Assembly (NCBI GenBank): GCA_902386025.1
Contig: CABMHR010000002.1
Span: forward strand, 127,596-151,595
Direction: 5' to 3'
Origin: an uncultured archaeon
GTDB taxonomy: Archaea; Nanobdellota; Nanobdellia; Pacearchaeales; GW2011-AR1
Length of the DNA: 24,000 bases
The position numbers were made by a program, and so were the translations under genes. Below, in pieces: positions 15,316-22,202 of the stretch (positions within the stretch are counted from its first letter, which is position 1; every line of letters starts with the position of its first letter). The notes under the pieces were generated by a model, which worked only from the letters and a program-made list of their open reading frames with translations, ran no database searches and had not been told where the DNA came from.

Positions 15316-15768
15316 ATGAATAAACTGACAACTTTGTTGTGTTCAGTAGCATTAACGGCAACAGCTTTTGCTTCTCCCCCAGAATCAATAATTCCTAAAA
15401 GTGATCCTTATTTTTACATCCCCCGTGAAGTATGGGAGGCAACAGGCCCAGTTTATGTAATAGAAGAAGCTGATAAAAACAGAAGCTCTGGGATATATTG
15501 GTGGGATAAAAATTTAAACAGGGAAATAGATGAATACGAGATATACCCTTATATTCCTCTTGAACCTTACGAAAAAAATCAGCTTTACATTTTTGATTAT
15601 AGCGAAAAAGGATTATTTGAAACTTATTGGTGGGATAAAAATTCAGATAATGAACAGCAGGAAGATGAAATTTTTGTAGATATTAATGGGGACGGAATTC
15701 CAGATTGCAATTTTCTTGAATATTGCAGAGCTATTGAAGCAGAAAAAAGAGCCGCAAATATAGTTTAA
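15316..15768 (+). CDS. secreted hypothetical protein with internal YWWDKN repeat and a DxNGDGxxD calcium-loop-like motif
   Basis: 150 aa with a Sec-type signal (MNKLTTLLCSVALTATAFA). The motif YWWDKN occurs twice, and DINGDGIPD is present. GGGGG lies 6 nt upstream of the ATG. Confidence 0.6.
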   Translation: MNKLTTLLCSVALTATAFASPPESIIPKSDPYFYIPREVWEATGPVYVIEEADKNRSSGIYWWDKNLNREIDEYEIYPYIPLEPYEKNQLYIFDYSEKGLFETYWWDKNSDNEQQEDEIFVDINGDGIPDCNFLEYCRAIEAEKRAANIV

Positions 15769-15809
15769 TACCAGATAAAGTTTAAATATTCATTTTAATT
15801 ATTACAGTT

Positions 15810-15944
15810 ATGACAGGGGTGATTGAAAAATTCCAAATTTGGGTTCTGCCGGTAACTTTAATCCTATTCCCAATTGAAGTTTTTTTGTTCTTTATGGGAA
15901 TTAATGGTATTGTTAGATTCAGGGAAATCATCAGATTGCTGTAA
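15810..15944 (+). CDS. possible 44-aa hydrophobic micro-protein (below the ORF-track cutoff)
   Basis: ATG..TAA ORF translating to MTGVIEKFQIWVLPVTLILFPIEVFLFFMGINGIVRFREIIRLL, with one predicted TM. It sits between a secreted-protein gene and the SRP RNA promoter. No other support. Confidence 0.25.
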   Translation: MTGVIEKFQIWVLPVTLILFPIEVFLFFMGINGIVRFREIIRLL

Positions 15945-15952
15945 CAAAACAC

Positions 15953-15959
15953 TTATATA
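15953..15959 (+). promoter_or_regulatory. TATA box for the SRP RNA gene
   Basis: TTATATA is centred about 25 bp upstream of the first nucleotide of the terminal helix (15981). Confidence 0.55.
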
Positions 15960-15980
15960 GACTTATTTTATCATATTTCT

Positions 15981-16236
15981 GTAGACTAGGTTGGCGGGTT
16001 AGCCCTCCGCTGTTTGCAAGCGGGCTTTATGCAGACTGCAAGAAGGCGAGTGATTGAATGTCAAAAAGTCTTTATTCGGACGTTGACGCTTTGCCTGTTT
16101 TGATCTTGCAGATGCGAAACGGGTCAGGTCTTGATCGAAGCAGCCCTAAACATTTGTTGAGATGCTTGACAGAAAACAAAGCAGAGAAAGAATAGAGGAA
16201 GCTTTTTGGTTTTTATGAGCAAACCTTCGAGTCTAC
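15981..16236 (+). ncRNA. signal recognition particle RNA (7S / SRP RNA)
   Basis: A locally GC-rich island with no credible ORF. The helix-8 signature GGGUCAGGUC...GAAGCAGCCC (16121-16146) matches the conserved CAGG / AGCA symmetric-loop context. The 5' GTAGACTAGGTT pairs with the 3' AACCT(tcg)AGTCTAC as a closing helix. Alu-like hairpins GGCGG-GTTAGCCCT-CCGCT and GCA-AGCGGGCTTTA-TGC have loops that can kiss (GCCC/GGGC). The gene is followed by a T5 run. Ends are approximate. Confidence 0.75.
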
Positions 16237-16238
16237 AC

Positions 16239-16243
16239 TTTTT
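16239..16243 (+). terminator. oligo-T terminator after SRP RNA
   Basis: TTTTT lies immediately 3' of the closing helix. Confidence 0.4.
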
Positions 16244-16300
16244 AAAAAAAATTTTCTTTATTCTCAAAAAGTTAATAAACTCTTTTTGCATTTTTATTGA

Positions 16301-17173
16301 ATGAATAAAAAGAAAGTGATGGACAAAAACGGACAATTTTTTCTTATAGGGGCAATTGTTATAATCGTTGTTATTGTCAGTATTGTTACAATTTCAAATT
16401 ACACGCAGAAAAAAGACATAGTCAAGCTTTATGACTTGGGGCAGGAGCTTGGAATTGAAAGCCAGCAGGTTTTGGATTATGGAACATACAGCCAGCTTGA
16501 TGATGCGCAGATGAAAGTGCTGATGCAAAATTTTATCCAGAATTATGTAAATTATGTGAAAGAAGAAAAAAATATTTATTTTGTATACGGAAACAAGAAT
16601 GAAGTCAATGCAATTGGATATCAGCAGTTGAGCAGCGAACCTGTTTGCATAAAGTTAAATGCTGAAGCAAAGAGCCCTGTATGCGGAGACGGAATTGTCA
16701 ATCAAAACAGCGAAGAATGCGACGACGGAAATTCTGACAGCCTTGACGGATGCTCTTCTGAATGCAAGCTTGAAAAATACAATGCTTATTCTTCTTCAGA
16801 AGAAAATGACAATAACAAATGCGGGGATGGAATTATTGACAAAAGCGACGGAGAATACTGCGATACAAAGGAGTTAAACCTCAAAACATGCATTTCACTT
16901 GGATTTGCTTCTGGGACATTAAAATGCGTTGACTGCGGATTTGATGCAACTAACTGTATCAAACCAGAAGAGCCAGAATGTGTAAGCTTAACGATAGGAG
17001 AAACACAAACATTCCCTGCAGGAACTTCTGAAGGAATAAGCACAGTAGTAATAAGAATAGATGTAACAGAATACCAATTCAGATTAAAGGAAGGTGAAAA
17101 TTTCTATTTTATAATATGGCAGAAGATTGGAGGAGAAAAACACGTTGTCACCAGTGAAGAGACTCAACCTTAA
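16301..17173 (+). CDS. prepilin-like protein with cysteine-rich CGDG repeats (candidate adhesin or minor pilin)
   Basis: 290 aa. The N-terminus MNKKKVMDKNG|QFFLIGAIVIIVVIVSIV looks like a class III signal peptide. The middle holds two Cys-rich units (CGDGIVNQNSEECDDGNSDSLDGCSSEC and CGDGIIDKSDGEYCD...C...CVDCGFDATNC) of the Myxococcus-type cysteine-rich repeat pattern. Confidence 0.68.
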   Translation: MNKKKVMDKNGQFFLIGAIVIIVVIVSIVTISNYTQKKDIVKLYDLGQELGIESQQVLDYGTYSQLDDAQMKVLMQNFIQNYVNYVKEEKNIYFVYGNKNEVNAIGYQQLSSEPVCIKLNAEAKSPVCGDGIVNQNSEECDDGNSDSLDGCSSECKLEKYNAYSSSEENDNNKCGDGIIDKSDGEYCDTKELNLKTCISLGFASGTLKCVDCGFDATNCIKPEEPECVSLTIGETQTFPAGTSEGISTVVIRIDVTEYQFRLKEGENFYFIIWQKIGGEKHVVTSEETQP

Positions 17174-17720
17174 TAAGAAAGGGCTGAGCGTAGTAATCGG
17201 ATATGTCTTGCTGATGGCAATTTCAATAGTGATGAGCCTTTTAGTCTATCAGTGGATAAAAACATATGTTCCAAAAGAAGCTTTAGCCTGCTCTGACGGA
17301 ACTTCTCTTTTTATAAAATCTGTAAGCTATAACTGCGATTCAAGAATCCTGCAGATAACCTTAAAAAACAACGGAAAATTTGGAATTGACGGCTATTTCA
17401 TTTATGCTTCAAATAAAGAAGGAGATGAACTGGCAACAATAGATTTATCTTCTAATCTCCAGACTTCAAGCGACAAGGAAAAAGCAATAAAACTTTCTGC
17501 AAATTCTATCAGATTTGTCGGATTGGAAAATCCTGCTCTGGAAAATTTCCTGCTTCCTGGAAACAGCCAGGCAAATTCATTCAGCATACCTGCAGAATAT
17601 GGAACGCTTAAAAAAATAGAAATAGTCCCAACAAGAATACAGGAATCAGACAATCAAAAGAGAACTGTAAGCTGTTCGGATTCAAAAGTCAGCGAGGTAT
17701 TAACCTGCAGCACAAATTAA
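17145..17720 (+). CDS. archaeal type IV pilin-like protein
   Basis: Class III signal ...KRLNLNKKG|LSVVIGYVLLMAISIVMSLLVY. The start is uncertain. TTG 17145 lies 11 nt after GGAGG (17129-17133), and TTG 17127 or GTG 17154 are alternatives. The ORF overlaps the 3' end of the upstream gene. Confidence 0.68.
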   Translation: MSPVKRLNLNKKGLSVVIGYVLLMAISIVMSLLVYQWIKTYVPKEALACSDGTSLFIKSVSYNCDSRILQITLKNNGKFGIDGYFIYASNKEGDELATIDLSSNLQTSSDKEKAIKLSANSIRFVGLENPALENFLLPGNSQANSFSIPAEYGTLKKIEIVPTRIQESDNQKRTVSCSDSKVSEVLTCSTN

Positions 17721-17765
17721 ACAAAGAGTTTAAAAATAATATTAACATAGATATCCTATAAAAAG

Positions 17766-18242
17766 ATGGTGGAAAAGATGAGAATTAAAAAAGGGAAAAA
17801 AGGGCTGTCTCCTATAATTACAACTGTCCTGCTTATCACGCTTACAATTGTTATTATTGCAATAGTATTTTTATGGTTTAGGGGGATGGTTCAGGAAGGA
17901 ATTACAAAATTCGGAAAGAATATTCAGCTGGTATGCAACGATGTGCAGTTTGATGCAAGCTACAGCAGCGGAACAGTAAATATAGTAAATAATGGGAATG
18001 TCCCCCTTTACAGAATTAACATAAAAACCTCGTCGAGCGGAGGAAGTTATCTTACAAAAGATATAAAGGATTTGAGTGATTCTTGGCCAACTACTGGACT
18101 TAAGCAGGGAGGAACTTTCTCTGCTGCATTAAATCTTGAAAACCCAACAAAGATAACATTATTCCCTGTTTTAATCGGAACGTCAACAAGCGGAAAAAAG
18201 ACTTTTGTATGCGAGGGGCAGTATGGCAAGGATGTTTTATAA
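17766..18242 (+). CDS. archaeal type IV pilin-like protein
   Basis: 158 aa. RIKKGKKG|LSPIITTVLLITLTIVIIAIVFLWF matches the archaeal pilin N-terminal pattern (G-x-S-P-[VI]-I...). Confidence 0.75.
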   Translation: MVEKMRIKKGKKGLSPIITTVLLITLTIVIIAIVFLWFRGMVQEGITKFGKNIQLVCNDVQFDASYSSGTVNIVNNGNVPLYRINIKTSSSGGSYLTKDIKDLSDSWPTTGLKQGGTFSAALNLENPTKITLFPVLIGTSTSGKKTFVCEGQYGKDVL

Positions 18243-18750
18243 AAGAAAAAACGGGCTTTCCACAATTGTTGTCACAATGATTCTTATTGCTTTAAGCCTT
18301 GCAGCAATTGCCCTCGTATGGGGATTTGTCAGCAATATGATAAACGGGCAGATTAAAAACAGCGAAGCCTGCTTTGGAAATTACAACAAAGTCCAGATTA
18401 ATCCCCAATATACCTGCTATGAAACAACAAACAATGTGAATTACAATTTGAGATTCTCCTTGAGCGTCGGAGATGTCAGTGTTGACAAAATAATTGTTTC
18501 TGTATCTTCTGCAAGTGCAACAAAAAGCTACACAATAACTAATTCCGCAAGTTCTGTAAGCGGACTTGAAATGTATCCAAATGCAGGAGATGGAAAAGTT
18601 ATTGCCCCAGATAAAAATTCAGGATTGACTTACAAGGCAACAGGATTTGGAAGCATAGATTCCATAAAAATCGCCCCTGTTCTTGGAGGAACCCAGTGTG
18701 ATGTTTCTGATTCAATTACTGAAATAGGAGATTGTTCCCTTATGGTTTAA
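18223..18750 (+). CDS. archaeal type IV pilin-like protein
   Basis: MARMFYKRKNG|LSTIVVTMILIALSLAAIALVWGFV. ATG 18223 is preceded by GAGGGG 5 nt upstream, and ATG 18232 is an alternative. The ORF overlaps the upstream gene's stop codon. Confidence 0.7.
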   Translation: MARMFYKRKNGLSTIVVTMILIALSLAAIALVWGFVSNMINGQIKNSEACFGNYNKVQINPQYTCYETTNNVNYNLRFSLSVGDVSVDKIIVSVSSASATKSYTITNSASSVSGLEMYPNAGDGKVIAPDKNSGLTYKATGFGSIDSIKIAPVLGGTQCDVSDSITEIGDCSLMV

Positions 18751-18756
18751 GTCAGC

Positions 18757-18776
18757 ATTAGTTATTTAAATTAAAA
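18757..18776 (+). repeat. 20-bp perfect direct repeat, left copy
   Basis: cattagttatttaaattaaa is identical to 19900-19919. It lies 6 nt after the stop codon of the fourth pilin gene. Confidence 0.9.
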
Positions 18777-18817
18777 CTTTAGAAAAAGTTAAATTTAATA
18801 TAAAAATATTTTATTGT

Positions 18818-19792
18818 TTAAAATAACCTTATATTCTGATAACTAACTTTTTCTCCGTCTACTGTAAGAATACCAGTATGCCCGATATCAAGATAACCTG
18901 AATTCCAAAATAATTCATTAACTAATTCTCCTTCATTAACATGATTTCCCTTTCTGTCATTAGCTCTGTGACTTGATTCATGAAAATGCCCTGTAACTGA
19001 TTTTCTAATTCCTAATTCTTCATATAAATTTTTTAAATCTTCATTACCCCTATTTTCTTTTTTAAGTTGAACTGGATAACCTGCTTTAACTATCTGTGGA
19101 GCAATCTGGATGGGGTAAACTGAACCTTTCCTTACTGTTTCTCCTTTGTAATTGAAATCTTCCATTGCTTCTCCAAATTCAGCCATATCAACGCAAGTTT
19201 CTAATCCGCTAAATTTTCTTGGAACATGACAGATTACTATTGTTTTTTCAGGAGCAGTTACTAATCTCTTTAAGTCATTTATATTTGAATATTGCATTGC
19301 AACCTTGACTAATTTTTGATTGATTGCAGAAACATATTGCTCAAGGTTATCAAATCTTAATAATCCTTTTTCTGTTTGGATATATCTTCCACTAGATATT
19401 TCTTCATTACTTCCTATTTGATATTCTCCCCCACAAAGAAAATCAGAACCGGGTAAAAATACCAACTGATGTCCATTCTGATTAACCTGAGAGATTCTTT
19501 GAGTATCAAATATATTATTATATTCTTCTGCAAAATAATCTATAACGGGTCCATATGCCAATAAAGTTTCATGGCTTCCTGGTTGGACAAATGATTCCAA
19601 GCCACTTTTTCCGATTGAATCAAGAATAAATGAAATATAATTTTGACTATCCTGAAGAGTTCTTTGCTGATTTCCAATATCTCCATTAACTAAGAGTTTT
19701 TGTGCACCTTGTTTTTTTAATGCTTCAATTGCAAGAGGAACAATTCTAGGGTCTTGATGAACATCTGAAATTACTCCATATTTTGTTTTCAT
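18818..19792 (-). CDS. calcineurin-like metallophosphoesterase
   Basis: 324 aa with metallophosphoesterase motifs in order: GVISDVHQD (DxH), LLVNGDIGN (GD), PGSHE (GNHE-like), VICHVP, TGHFHES (GHxH). The palindromic TATA atttaaat (19815-19822) lies about 26 bp upstream of its ATG. Confidence 0.8.
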   Translation of the reverse strand: MKTKYGVISDVHQDPRIVPLAIEALKKQGAQKLLVNGDIGNQQRTLQDSQNYISFILDSIGKSGLESFVQPGSHETLLAYGPVIDYFAEEYNNIFDTQRISQVNQNGHQLVFLPGSDFLCGGEYQIGSNEEISSGRYIQTEKGLLRFDNLEQYVSAINQKLVKVAMQYSNINDLKRLVTAPEKTIVICHVPRKFSGLETCVDMAEFGEAMEDFNYKGETVRKGSVYPIQIAPQIVKAGYPVQLKKENRGNEDLKNLYEELGIRKSVTGHFHESSHRANDRKGNHVNEGELVNELFWNSGYLDIGHTGILTVDGEKVSYQNIRLF

Positions 19793-19899
19793 AATAAGAA
19801 ATAAAAATAAGATTATTTAAATATTCCTATTAGTGTGTAATTTAATAGTGATTACATCTGATAAATAGAACTTTTGGGATTTAAGATAATTAACTATTA

Positions 19900-19919
19900 C
19901 ATTAGTTATTTAAATTAAA
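19900..19919 (+). repeat. 20-bp perfect direct repeat, right copy; contains the TATA box of the fifth pilin gene
   Basis: cattagttatttaaattaaa. Its ttatttaaat core is centred about 25 bp upstream of the ATG at 19936. Confidence 0.9.
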
Positions 19920-19935
19920 TTTTACTTGTTATTCT

Positions 19936-20478
19936 ATGAAAAAAAAGGTGATGAAAAATAGATTTGGACAGGTGTGGATAGAAACAGTAATTTACACTCT
20001 TATTGCATTTGTTATGATTGGGCTCGTGCTGTCTTTTGCACAGCCGAAAATTCAGGAGCTTCAGGATAGGGCAATTCTCCAGCAGTCTACTGATATGATG
20101 AAGCAGATAGATTCAACAATCTTGACAATGGGAGCAACAGGAAACCAGAGAATATTTGAGATAGGAATGAAAAAAGGAAATTTAATAATAGACGGCGTGC
20201 ACGAAAAGATTATTTTTGAGATGGACAGCAAAAGCGTATACAGCGAACCTGGAAAAGTTGTTGAAGACGGGAGCATAGATGTCCTTACTGAAAAAAAAAG
20301 CGGGGGCAATTTTGTTACATTAACAAGAGATTACAGCGAAAGCTACAATCTGGAATTTAACGGAGTTGACAATCAAATGAAGACAATAACTCCTGCATCA
20401 AATTCCTACAAATTATCAATAGAAAATAAAGGGCAGGATGCGAATGGAAAAATAATCCTTGACATAACCCTTGAATAA
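19936..20478 (+). CDS. prepilin-like protein (first gene of the ATPase/platform operon)
   Basis: 180 aa. MKKKVMKNRFG|QVWIETVIYTLIAFVMIGLVLSF places a Glu at +5 after the putative cleavage Gly. The N-terminus is paralogous to that of the 16301 gene (MNKKKVMDKNGQ). Confidence 0.7.
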   Translation: MKKKVMKNRFGQVWIETVIYTLIAFVMIGLVLSFAQPKIQELQDRAILQQSTDMMKQIDSTILTMGATGNQRIFEIGMKKGNLIIDGVHEKIIFEMDSKSVYSEPGKVVEDGSIDVLTEKKSGGNFVTLTRDYSESYNLEFNGVDNQMKTITPASNSYKLSIENKGQDANGKIILDITLE

Positions 20479-20489
20479 GAGAAATCAAA

Positions 20490-22031
20490 ATGAATATTGA
20501 ACAATATGAAAAAGTAAAAATAGACTTTCATCCGAAAGTTCCGCCACTTGAAAAGGTGAAAGATAAAACGCAGGTGGATGTAAGATACTGCGTCATCTCC
20601 CCATTTGCATTTATCCATATTCACTGGGATGAAAAAATCTACGAGCTTGTCTATGATATAGAAGAGCCGATTTTAAATGACGAAGAAAAATCATACAGGG
20701 AGCAGCTGACAGAAGCAATAGAGGATTTGATAAATTTCGAGGAAGTAATTGACAGGAATGAAGAAAAACTTTTGGAATATATTGACAAAAGGCTGAGGAT
20801 TCTTGCGGTTGAATTTGGAATTGATATGTCATATGATTCTTACAAGAAAATATATTATTATCTGTGCAGGGATTTTCTTGGTGTAAATGAAATAGAGCCA
20901 ATATTGCGCGATTATTTTGTTGAAGATGCAGAATGCAACGGGCTGAACAGCTCTGTTTACATTGTTCACAGAATTTTCAGGAATATAAAGACAAACATAA
21001 TTTTCAGGGATGCTGCAAAACTTGAGAGCCTTGTTGAAAAGCTAGCACAAAGATGCGGAAAGCATATTTCTTATGCGGATCCCATATTGGATGGAACACT
21101 TCCTGACGGGAGCAGAGTAAACGCAACTTATACTGCAGACATAACAAGCAAGGGACCCACATTCACAATAAGAAAATTCACAGCAGAACCCTGGACTCCC
21201 CCACAATTAATTTCGTTTAGAACATTAAGCCCAGAAATGCTTGCTTATTTGTGGATACTCGTTCAGTATAAAATGAATATTTTAATAACAGGAGGAACAG
21301 CATCGGGAAAAACAACCCTTCTGAATGCAATAGCATTTTTCATTCCGCCTGAAGCAAGAGTTGTAAGCATTGAAGATACAAGAGAATTAAATCTCCCAAG
21401 AGACAACTGGCTTCCAAGCGTCGCGAGAGGCTCGACAGGAAATAAGAAAGAAAATGAAGTAACCCTGTTCACATTATTAAGAGCATCTTTCAGGCAAACT
21501 CCCGATTACGTAATTGTTGGTGAAGTAAGAGGAACAGAAGCATCTGTATTATTTCAGGGAATGGCTTCTGGACATTCATCAATCAGCACGATGCACTCTG
21601 ATTCTGTCGACACTTTGATAAAGAGGCTGGAAACTCCTCCGATAGAACTTTCCCCAACTCTTCTAAATGTTCTTGACTGCGTCTGCATTATGACTCACGC
21701 AGTTGTAAACAAGGAAGAGACAAGAAAGTTGAGGGAGATTGTTGAGATAGTAAATGTTGATGCAGAAGGTGTTGCTACAATAAATACTCCTTTCTCGTGG
21801 AACCCAAATGACGACAAATTTTACATTCAAAAAAACAGCAAAGTATTTGACAAGATATCTGGAAGATATGGAATAAAGACAGAAGAGCTGAATGCAGAAT
21901 TAAAAAGAAGAGCGCAGGTAATCTACCAAATGTATAAGAGGAAGATATTAAAATTTGAGGAAGTTCAGGAAATGATAAACAAGTATTATAAAAAACCTGA
22001 TGAAGTATTAAAAGAATTAGGGGTTCAATAG
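20490..22031 (+). CDS. type IV pilus / archaellum-family secretion ATPase (FlaI/ArlI/PilB/VirB11 superfamily)
   Basis: 513 aa with Walker A ITGGTASGKTTLLNA, Asp box SIEDTREL, Walker B PDYVIVGEVRGTEA and His box GHSSISTMHSDS. The N-terminal domain has the typical ...YELVYDIEEPILNDEE... block. Confidence 0.92.
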   Translation: MNIEQYEKVKIDFHPKVPPLEKVKDKTQVDVRYCVISPFAFIHIHWDEKIYELVYDIEEPILNDEEKSYREQLTEAIEDLINFEEVIDRNEEKLLEYIDKRLRILAVEFGIDMSYDSYKKIYYYLCRDFLGVNEIEPILRDYFVEDAECNGLNSSVYIVHRIFRNIKTNIIFRDAAKLESLVEKLAQRCGKHISYADPILDGTLPDGSRVNATYTADITSKGPTFTIRKFTAEPWTPPQLISFRTLSPEMLAYLWILVQYKMNILITGGTASGKTTLLNAIAFFIPPEARVVSIEDTRELNLPRDNWLPSVARGSTGNKKENEVTLFTLLRASFRQTPDYVIVGEVRGTEASVLFQGMASGHSSISTMHSDSVDTLIKRLETPPIELSPTLLNVLDCVCIMTHAVVNKEETRKLREIVEIVNVDAEGVATINTPFSWNPNDDKFYIQKNSKVFDKISGRYGIKTEELNAELKRRAQVIYQMYKRKILKFEEVQEMINKYYKKPDEVLKELGVQ

Positions 22032-22037
22032 TTAAAA

Positions 22038-22202
22038 ATGAACAGGGAAGATATTTTATTTCTTAACCAGCTTATAAAATCGCTGGGCGAATCAGGAGAT
22101 ATGATGGAGCAAAGCTACAAAAAAGGAGATTATGAAAATTTCAACAAATCAAAAAAGATAATGCTCAGAATCCAGAAGGAGATTTCTGATGCAATAAAAT
22201 GA
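22038..22202 (+). CDS. 54-aa helical micro-protein, hypothetical (not in the ORF track)
   Basis: ATG lies 6 nt after the ATPase stop codon. The stop TGA overlaps the next gene's ATG (ATGA at 22199-22202). Translation: MNREDILFLNQLIKSLGESGDMMEQSYKKGDYENFNKSKKIMLRIQKEISDAIK. Confidence 0.5.
   Translation: MNREDILFLNQLIKSLGESGDMMEQSYKKGDYENFNKSKKIMLRIQKEISDAIK

Noticed and set aside
15981-16236. RNase P RNA as an alternative identity for the structured RNA, suggested by AAAGTC (16065-16070) and ACAGAAAAC (16169-16177), which resemble CR-I and CR-V fragments
   Set aside because: The two candidate P4 strands do not pair with each other. The GUCAGGUC...GAAGCAGCC helix-8 signature and the Alu-like loop-loop complementarity fit SRP RNA much better.
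16124-16336. 70-aa minus-strand ORF overlapping the GC-rich island
   Set aside because: It overlaps the conserved helix-8 core and the 3' half of the SRP RNA as well as the start of the first pilin gene. The RNA interpretation explains the region better.
18818-19792. Compositional anomaly of the phosphoesterase cassette as evidence of foreign origin
   Set aside because: A hand count on a sample of the segment gave a GC content similar to the surroundings. I cannot support a compositional argument without computation, so the cassette hypothesis rests only on the direct repeat and the strand inversion.
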